Shown here piece after piece: positions 55,790 to 64,000 of a stretch of DNA of 64,000 nucleotides. The stretch is from the NCBI GenBank assembly GCA_010093605.1, contig MU004181.1, forward strand, positions 1,488,001 through 1,552,000, read 5' to 3'. The notes under the pieces were generated by a model, which did not search any database, was not told the origin of the DNA, and saw nothing but the letters and a program-made list of their open reading frames with translations. The translations under genes were made by a program, and so were the position numbers. Within the stretch, counting starts at the first letter, position 1; each line of letters opens with the position of its first letter. This stretch comes from Lophium mytilinum (lineage: Eukaryota).

Positions 55790-56719
55790 ATGGCTCTACC
55801 TCGTCCCACTGCGCGGTCTTCGCGGTACACACCCTCCATACACCCTTAGAGCTTGACTAATTCCACCAGCACCCTAGATAATCTCAAAACCTCCACCGAC
55901 ACTCTCAGTGGAGCTGATTCCCAAGCCCTGCGATCCTTCTGCACTTCCGATTACCTCAACGTTACAACAGTCGATGACGAGTATGGCCAATCTTTACGGA
56001 TCCGGTCTCTCAAAGTACTCAAGGCTCGCTTTGAAGCACAATGCACCTCAATTGGAAAAGAAGCAGCCACCAAGGAGATCTTCAAAATGCGATGGGGCCC
56101 CACTCGCGTGCCGGTCTACAATGTGATTCTGACCCTGAAATTTATGATGGCTTCCATTCCTGGTTCTTCCGCCGACTTTCTCAATATCACCGACTTCCTC
56201 GTCAAAACAGCGGAGGTGCCCGTGGACGGAACGGACATGTCTGGCACTACGGCCCTCATGCACGCCATCGGAACAAAACCCTACCTCGATACCGAACTCG
56301 CCCAGGCCCTCCTTAACGCTGGCGCAAAGATCAACCGTCGCAACCGCTACGGCGAGACAGCCGCTCACGAGATAACGAAAGTGCATCCGTTCCCCGCTGA
56401 GAACAAGGTCAAGGCACTTGCGGCCTTGAAGTGGTTCGTAGACCATGGCGGAGATGTGGACATCAAAGACTCTGAAGGTATTACACCTAGGTTCATGGTC
56501 ATGAACACGGTCAAACGGATTGCGCCGCGGATGGTGAACGTCCTGCCAGCTGGTACCACTTCGGGTAGCAGATGCAGCGCTTGCAATAGCAACGAGGCAT
56601 ATCTTGACAAGGCGTTGGCTGCTTGTGCGGCCTGCAAGACCGTCTCATATTGCTCGAAGGAGTGCCAGAAGATCGATTGGCGCCGAGGCCATAAGAAGCA
56701 GTGCGGTGTGGCTACTTAG
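55790..56719 (+). CDS. Ankyrin-repeat protein with C-terminal MYND zinc finger; 2 exons
   Basis: GTTALMHA, GAKINRRNRYGETAAHE and GGDVDIKDSEGITP ankyrin repeats; CSAC...CAACKTVSYCSKECQKIDW..GHKKQC MYND; short first exon from ATG 55790. Confidence 0.88.
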
Positions 56720-57216
56720 AGTGCCTGCAACGCCGTGCCTGAAACTTCAGCGGCCAAGTTAAACTCGGCATTACACCTAGGCTTCGGCTGATGTTAATTG
56801 GATAGACTGATGCTAGATGTCTCCCCACAAAGTAAAACGAAGGTTAGAATATCCTGGAATAAGACGGTGACTATAAAGAATTGGTTTCCAAATTAGTCAA
56901 CCATTCCACTAATTTCATTATCACCATCGAATGCAGCTTCGTACTGAGATCTCTCGTTTAAACTCCGTCCTCACTGGATCAAGACCAAATTGATCAATCT
57001 GCAGATTGAAAAGTCATACAGGATTCAGTGTTCAAAATACAAGAACAAAGAGCAACCGCTCATCCAACAATCCACCCCAAGGTATCTTTCTCGCAACCAT
57101 ATCCACCAGGTACTAGTACAGCGCCATTTATCGCACTCCGCAATGCCCAATCCACCGATGCGCCATCATAATTCATCTCGTCATCTCATCATATCTGTCC
57201 AGTGCCGCATTACCCG

Positions 57217-58666
57217 TTATTTACTCCCCTTCTCCGCCATCTTCGCTCTCATCTTACGATCTCGAGCACTTCGGCCACCTCCTCCACCTCCGCCCCCACC
57301 GGTCTGCCGTTTGGTGCTCGATAGCCCCGATATACCGGAAGAAGCAATAGACGGTGCGATATGTACCTTCTTTGGCGGAGCAATAGTAGCTCTCTGGGCT
57401 TCCACGTCCCATGAGTCCGGGTGCGACGACATCTCCGGCACTAATGGCAGATCACTATGATCGCTCTGCATCGTCGTTGGCGTTTCGCTAGGGCCTAAAC
57501 GGCTGCCGCTTGACCTGGCTTCCTTGCTGTCTTTGCTCACTTCACTGTTCTGGCTACCTTCTAGAGTAGCTTTTTCTTTGCTAACTGGAGCTTGGTGGCT
57601 ATCACGCTTCCGTTGCGTCCGGCGACCACCGGCCGTGCGAGACGAATGGTAAGTGGCTGGTGGAGGTGCAGACCCATCAAAGGCGCCGAGATTGAACAGT
57701 TTGCGAAGGAGAGTCCAAGTGAATGGGAGATTGGCGACCAGTATGGCTGTTGAGGCTTCCCGGATGTACCATGAGATCCACGTTGAGGTGCTGTAAGGCG
57801 ACTTAAAGGAGTAGTATTTGTTCAATATTGCGGCAAGAATCTAGGGAGGTCAACCATTTGGAAGAGCAAGGGGGCTAAGGCAAGAGTCTTACAACGAAGA
57901 TACCAAGACTGAAGATGCAGCACAGGATGAGCTTGCGTTTTAAAGGCAACAGGCTCCGGATGAACATGGGTAGGGCGATGCAGAGCATCATGATATCGGA
58001 GGATATGTTGAAGACGGCGTTGGTGATTCGGTGGTCCGTTAACCTGTCACACTAATAGTGTTATTAGAATACGGGGCTGTTGCTGGGTTGGAAGAGTATT
58101 TGGGTACCTGGCTGTTGTATGTCGGAATCGCCCAGTACTCGTGGAATGGCCTGCACCACACACCAAAGTACAGAATCTCCATGACGAAAAACGCGAGGGC
58201 GACATAGACAGCGAGCAGCTTGATCGCCATGTTCTCCTTGGAAGCCACCATGCGCGTGAGGCGGTAGTACAGGATCAAAAGGCAAGCCTTGTTCGCCCAA
58301 ATCACGGCGATTTGCATCTGCTCGACAACAATAACGATCTTGCTTCCGTACTCACGGTCAGAGATATCCTCCGAGGTCAAATTCTGCAATGGAAAACCAG
58401 GCGGCAGGAGGTTCGAGTTCGATTTCGCAGCAATGTTGGTCATAACGATGAGCGTCGTGTACGTGCCCAGAACGAACAAGCCCATGATCCAGTCGTCATA
58501 TTGAAGTCGCTTGACAGAGCCGAACAGAATGGAGCGCGATATTCTGGCGGCATTTGGTCAGTATGCGGTGTTTCATGCACGGTAAATGCTATGCAACTAA
58601 CAGTCGTGCGACTATGATGCCCACGGCGACCGTGTACCAAATCCATGATTCGATCGCAAACCGCAT
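57217..58666 (-). CDS. PTH11-like (fungal rhodopsin-domain) integral membrane protein without CFEM; 4 exons
   Basis: IESW...ARL|ISR...LQYDDW, K..LLILYYRL, WCRPF..YW, NISSD..ML.I.LP, WYIREAS.AILVANLP; seven hydrophobic segments and a Ser-rich tail. Confidence 0.85.
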
Positions 58667-59729
58667 CCTCAGCGGCAGCCAGCCAAAGCAGGCTCGCGTC
58701 GAGGCGCGCTCGTCCCCCTGCTGTCGTTATCGGGATCGGGACGGGGTCAGTGTGGTGGGTATAGATAGGCGAGCATGCGACTCCTCATTGTGCGTGACGA
58801 CAAGCATCCCAGGCGTCGACGCTGCGATGGGAAGGCCGAACGCAAAAGGACAAGCAGGAAACAGACGGAGAAGGAGCAAGAGAGGCAGGAGGAAGAGAGA
58901 AGATGAGGGCTACGCAAATCTGGAGGCAATAGATAGGCCGCCATGGCCGTCGTGGGCTGTCCACCAAAGCCCTTATCGCGAAGCTTTCAGCTTGATCTCG
59001 CCTCGCCCATCTGCCCTGCCCCCTCGCCCGTGGGCAGCCAATGGGCGTGGGTCCGTTCAGCCTTGCGGTGCAACCGCGGGATATCTGTGAGGGCTGCGCT
59101 TGTTATTGCTTTTGGCGACTCCGCGCGTGCGCTCTTTTGACAGGTTTGACGTGTGCAGATCGGCGCGCTTGGGGTGCTGATCGGTGTAATGCTTATTAGC
59201 GGGATCTTGATGCGTGCATATATGCCTTGTTCGACTTTTTTGGCGATAGCAGGGGGAGGGAAAGAAGTGCGTGAGCGAGGGACTGAGGAGTTCACCGGAG
59301 AAAGCCAGGATCAAGGCGATGATAAGATTAAAGCGAACCTCAGCAAGAAGGTAGGAGGCGGTTCTGTGACATTGATTGTCGCAGCCAGCATCGGTTACAC
59401 ATGTGGAGTACAGCGTCTTTGGCCGTGGGGTGCATATGTTGGCAAGGCTGGCAAAAGCTTTTGTGCTAGATTCTCATATCTTTCAAATTCTATATAATGA
59501 AAGCCGTAATACAGCTTCTACTCCTGCAAACTCTCCCACTTTGATTAAATATTAAGAGCACTAACATATCTCCAGAACTGATAAAGAGCCGGAATTAAGC
59601 AGTACTCGTGATGTTTCGATGATAAATCACCTTCAGAACGAGCATTTTTGGACGTTCCACAGGCGCCTCACGGATGTGAAAATCCAGAAGGGAAAAGACT
59701 TTGTATGCTCTAGCTCTATAGAGATCCAG

Positions 59730-61487
59730 CTACGGATCGTAGGCAAGCTGCTGTAGTTTCTTCACCTTACTTCGGGACTGGAAACCAAGTTGTCTCTGAA
59801 AATCATTCAGGAAGGCCCAGAGTTGAGCTTTTCTGGCTATGCCATGAATGTGTTTCCCGGCTGGAAATGTAAGCATAAGCAAGGCTTCAAACAGGCCCAA
59901 CAAGTCGGATATATGGGCTACGTACCAAAGTAGAGAGGCAGAGCCGAGAAAGATCTGACTGATTTTGAGACATCCGAGAGCGCTATGTTGCCAATTTCGA
60001 ATGCGTTGGCTTGTACCTCCTCTATCTAACATTATCAAATCAGTATGGAATTGGGCAGAAAAGGGGGGGTTGGAGACGTACCTCGTCATCGAGTAGCTCT
60101 CGAGGCACTGGCTCCGCCTTAAGCAGTATCATCACAGTGTGGTACCACAACGCAGCCGTAGCTATTTTCAAATTAGCTTCGTGACATAAAGTGACATCAA
60201 AGAGCTATGGAAGGGGATGGGCTAGGTAGTCGCCTTTGCGGCAATGGGTTACAGACTTACCTGCAGCAGGAATAGCGAAGTACGTTCTAGTAAACCCCTC
60301 TTCTGTAGAGCATCCATATCTGACGCCTCGGAATGACACCGGTAGAGCGTCCTTCCATTTCTGAACATCGTCGAGTAGCGACTGCCTGATGCCTGAGTCT
60401 GGGTCCTCTCCGTAAATTAAATCAATTGCTTCTCCTACGAACCACATGAGACGATTTGCTATCTCATCCTCCTGCACGTCAATTTTCACCCAATCAACGT
60501 TCCAATCCTTTGGACTGATAGATAGTGTACACTCATTAGTCAAAGCGACATCGATCTCATGTCGTATATAGACCCAAAAACTGGCCCTGTCCATTCCAGT
60601 CGAGCTCGCATTTATACCACGTGTCTTGATAACCAATCCAGCACCTAAGAAATGGTGCCTGTGTTCGTAGCCTTGAGCTGCAATCATTTCGTAGCTACTA
60701 AGCATCATGATAGCCGTAAGAGCCTCCTCCGATGGAGCAGAAGGATCTACCTGATTGATGAAAAGCCCCAGGGCCTGGACGTAGTATCGTGCAGCTACTG
60801 GGGCCCATACTTCGCCCTCGGGCAGTAGACTGAGCTGCTTTGCTTGGAATGCGCAGATACATCGCAGCAGGAGCTCTGAATCAAGGGCTCGCTGACTAAT
60901 GGTACGTTCATAGGTGCAGTCGTGGTCAAAAATGTCCATCCACCCTGCCACACCTCTCTGATAGGCGGTAAGGAGCTGAACCATTTCGGGTTCTAAATTG
61001 ATGGGGACTTTCGGGTGCATTGGGACCATGATTTTCGGAGGCGAAGGGCGTGCCGCGTAAGAAACACATGAAGCCCCCGTGGAGTCGGGTAGGCTAGTGT
61101 CGAAAAGATCCCATGTCGACTCAGGGGGTTCAATCGGTTGGGCATCTGGTAGTATGTCCACATCCGTTGATACTTGCGGCTCAACGTTCGGCTCGCACCA
61201 CGCAGAGCGGGTGATGAACTCAGAGGCCCGGCATTGGAGGTTCAATCGCTCACAATTACTGCACACGGGTTTCTTTTCGTCGCACCGCGTATGTCGGGCT
61301 TTGCAGGTAAAACTTTGACAGTGAGACAGACGAACAGTGGTGCTAAGAATTTAAGTATAAAAGGAAACATACCATCCTACATAAAGCCGTTGAGTATTAA
61401 TAAGTCACAAATGTAAAGAGTCTGGAGATTACCTGTCTTTCTGCGCGTCCCCGCACGCCTCCGTCTTCCCCTGGTGCTACTCTCCAT
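59730..61487 (-). CDS. Zn(II)2Cys6 transcription factor; includes a 4-nt micro-exon (61376-61373)
   Basis: Exon 1 MESSTRGRRRRAGTRRKT-G, micro-exon GATG, then TTTTACCTGC gives GCFTCKARHTRCDEKKPVCSNCERLNLQC; WMDIFD and FWVYIRHEI fungal TF-domain motifs; three further 3' introns. Confidence 0.88.
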
Positions 61488-61660
61488 GAGAAATCCCACT
61501 GCTTCTTTAGTGAGCTAGCTTCAGGCCTGTCTTCAGCATACTGGTGTCAGTGCAGATAGAGATAAAACAACGGCTGACGCGTGACGCGATGATAATTAAA
61601 GTAGCACACATGCTAACCCGAATTAATTTAGCTTGTGTCCCCGTTATTATGTCTACATAC

Positions 61661-61897
61661 GGGGGCACACCTTAGGCCCCCCGTCTACCTATTTCCCTCC
61701 TATCTTTAGAGCACTAGTGCTGATGCGCCATCCTATAAATCGTGTGATTCTCTAAGCCTCGGCAGTTTCTTATCCTTAGAGCACCCCCAAGGCCCCCCCT
61801 CTACCTGTATTTCCTCCTACCTTTGCACCAGTGCTGATGCTAACACCAAATTTATGAACCGTGTGATTCTCTAACCCTCGGCATTTTCCTTGTCCTA
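61661..61897 (+). repeat. Diverged tandem duplication (~118 bp x2) in the FMO promoter
   Basis: Units 61661-61778 and 61779-61897 share GCAC..AGGCCCCCC..TCTACCT..TTCC.TCCTA.CTTT..GCAC.AGTGCTGATGC..CGTGTGATTCTCTAA.CCTCGGCA.TTT..T.TCCT. Confidence 0.85.
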
Positions 61898-61922
61898 TGT
61901 ACTTCATTGACTATTTTCCTTC

Positions 61923-63635
61923 ATGAGTCCTCCCAAAGTCATCATCATAGGCGCAGGCTGGGCAGGCCTAGCAGCCGCACGCACCTATGTCACCATCAAC
62001 CCAGAGATCGATCTCACAATTCTCGACGACGACACCTCCGTCGGCGGTGTCTGGAGCAAATCGCGACTTTATCCAGGATTGATCGCCGATAGCGCCAATG
62101 GCTTGTTCGAATTCTCGGATGAAACTATGGTCACCGAGAAGCAACCCAAATACAAACTCATCCCGGGGTCTCAAATCCAATCATACTTGTGGCAATACGC
62201 AAAGAAATGGGACTTAACACGTCGTATTCAGTCCGATTCAAAAGTAGTGAAGGCTGAGCGGATAGGGAGAGAAGGGAGCTACGAAGGCTGGCGCCTGTTC
62301 ACGGCGAAGGGGGATGTTCTCGAATGCTCGAAACTGATTGTAGCAAGCGGGCTCTACTCAAAACCGTATACACCCGATATACCGGGGAAAGAGACATTCG
62401 AAGGTCTGGTTCTGCACTCCAAAGAACTCGGAGTCTCCCACCAGAAGCTTGCGACTTCCGACGTCAAGTCCGTCATCGTAGTCGGCGGCCGAAAATCTGC
62501 CATCGAAGCCGCAAACATCTGCTTCGCCGCTAAGAAACATGTGCACTGGATAGTTCGACCGTCGAATATAGGAGTTCCTTTCGTCGTGTCGGATCCTGAC
62601 ATGAAGCCAAATCTGATGTCGGCAAATCAAGCGCGGATCTTCAGCGTTTGGTCTCCGTCTATTTTCAATACGGACGGGTTTTGGTACAGGTTTCTGCATA
62701 GTGGGCGTTCGGCGGTAGGAAATCGCGTTTATGGAGGGTTCTGGAGGTTGATGAGCTGGGCCATCACGAAAGATGTGGGATACGAGAAAAGCGCCAACGG
62801 GAAGATGGTTAAGCCTGGAGAGCCGAATGTGTTCCGCACCCTGGGTAGCACGAGCCTGTTGCAGAAAGGATCAAATACGTTCCTCGATGAGCTTCATTCT
62901 GGAAAATATGTGACGGTGCATCGAGCGGGCTTAAGAAGTATGACGAGCAAAGGAGCTTTATTGGACAATGACGAGGTTCTTGAAGCGGACGCAGTGGTCT
63001 TTTGCACCGGATGGAGGCCAAGCACCGACTATTTCGGCGACCAGGACGCGTCGGATCTCGGACTTCCTGTAAACCCAGAAACAGAAGACCCAGAAGTGGC
63101 AAAATATTGGGCGCAACTGCTCGAAGAAGCTGATCAAGAGATGGTGAAAATATTTCCGCACATGGCGGAAGGCCCGCGGCCGGAGTTCGTGAAGGACGCA
63201 ACACAGTTCCGAATGTATCGGGAAATTTTATCTCCAAAGCTCCTAGCTCAAGAAGACCGCTCTATCGCATTCGCTGGATTCGTATCCAGCAGTCAAACAG
63301 CTTTCAATGCTGAAATTATGGCTCTATGGGTTGTAGCTTGGTTGGAAGGGCTCATGCCCAAGTCAAACCTTCCAACCGAATCAATGATGGATAAAGATGT
63401 CGCCAGGACGATCGCATGGATGGAAAGACGGTACAGATCTGGCGGCCGCGCTCCAGAGATTGTTTTCGAATCTCAGTCATATTTCGACGCATTGGTGGCG
63501 GATCTAGGGTTGGAAGTCAATAGGAAGAAAAAGGGCTTTCTTGGGAGCCTCAAAGAGTGGGTTGTACCTTATATGCCAGGCGACTACGCCGGCATCATAG
63601 AAGAATATATGAGGGGCGTGAAGGAGGAAAATTAA
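61923..63635 (+). CDS. Flavin-containing monooxygenase (FMO-like), intronless
   Basis: IIIGAGWAGL FAD motif, GGVW, FEGLVLHS (FxGxxxHS), VVGGRKSA NADPH-site variant, FCTGW. Confidence 0.92.
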   Translation: MSPPKVIIIGAGWAGLAAARTYVTINPEIDLTILDDDTSVGGVWSKSRLYPGLIADSANGLFEFSDETMVTEKQPKYKLIPGSQIQSYLWQYAKKWDLTRRIQSDSKVVKAERIGREGSYEGWRLFTAKGDVLECSKLIVASGLYSKPYTPDIPGKETFEGLVLHSKELGVSHQKLATSDVKSVIVVGGRKSAIEAANICFAAKKHVHWIVRPSNIGVPFVVSDPDMKPNLMSANQARIFSVWSPSIFNTDGFWYRFLHSGRSAVGNRVYGGFWRLMSWAITKDVGYEKSANGKMVKPGEPNVFRTLGSTSLLQKGSNTFLDELHSGKYVTVHRAGLRSMTSKGALLDNDEVLEADAVVFCTGWRPSTDYFGDQDASDLGLPVNPETEDPEVAKYWAQLLEEADQEMVKIFPHMAEGPRPEFVKDATQFRMYREILSPKLLAQEDRSIAFAGFVSSSQTAFNAEIMALWVVAWLEGLMPKSNLPTESMMDKDVARTIAWMERRYRSGGRAPEIVFESQSYFDALVADLGLEVNRKKKGFLGSLKEWVVPYMPGDYAGIIEEYMRGVKEEN

Positions 63636-64000
63636 TTGGAACCGGGCATTGGTAAGGAATGCACGCGTATATTGCCCCTCGAATACTCTAGATGTAAGAT
63701 GGAAGAGGTAGAATGGGTCCAAACACACCAGTATCGAATGCGAAGACGGCAGGTCTGTCTTTAGTTGAAGTGTGTAACGAAAAAGACGAGCACAATCACA
63801 GATCGAGAGAGAGAGCGAAGGCGTTAATAAGAGATTATTTGTTTTAGATTGAAAGCATACATAGAATAAACAATAGGGGCTGATGTCCACGAGAGGTGCA
63901 CGCGGCTTTTCTACTTCGGATAAGATTGCACTGAGCGCAGGACTTGCCTTCGACGTACCGTTTGTTCTTAAGGTTATTACGACGAGCTGACTGTGTATAA

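Overview
Gene-dense region of a filamentous ascomycete (Pezizomycotina) nuclear genome, inferred from short GT-AG introns with CTRAC branch sites, Zn2Cys6 regulators and an intron-containing tRNA. Core genes: group III G-alpha, an RRN5-like Pol I factor head-to-head with an IRC3-like helicase, a KH RNA-binding protein, rhodanese, MCM3 and intronless KatG1. Accessory genes: two Zn2Cys6 TF/enzyme divergent pairs, GH71 mutanase, acyltransferase-3, two MFS transporters, an ABCB transporter, a class III sirtuin, a methyltransferase, an ankyrin-MYND protein and a PTH11-like membrane protein. Several features are missing from the ORF track: (1) an 8-Cys small secreted protein gene split by one in-frame TAG at a probable Trp codon; (2) a 4-nt micro-exon needed to build the first Cys of a zinc cluster; (3) a tRNA-Gly(GCC) with a non-canonical acceptor stem; (4) two diverged copies of a ~160-bp TA/ACGT pogo-type MITE, one just behind that tRNA; (5) an acyltransferase-3 with one in-frame TGA, facing the mutanase; (6) a tandemly duplicated ~118-bp promoter module before an FMO. 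All family calls come from motif recognition by eye; no searches were run.
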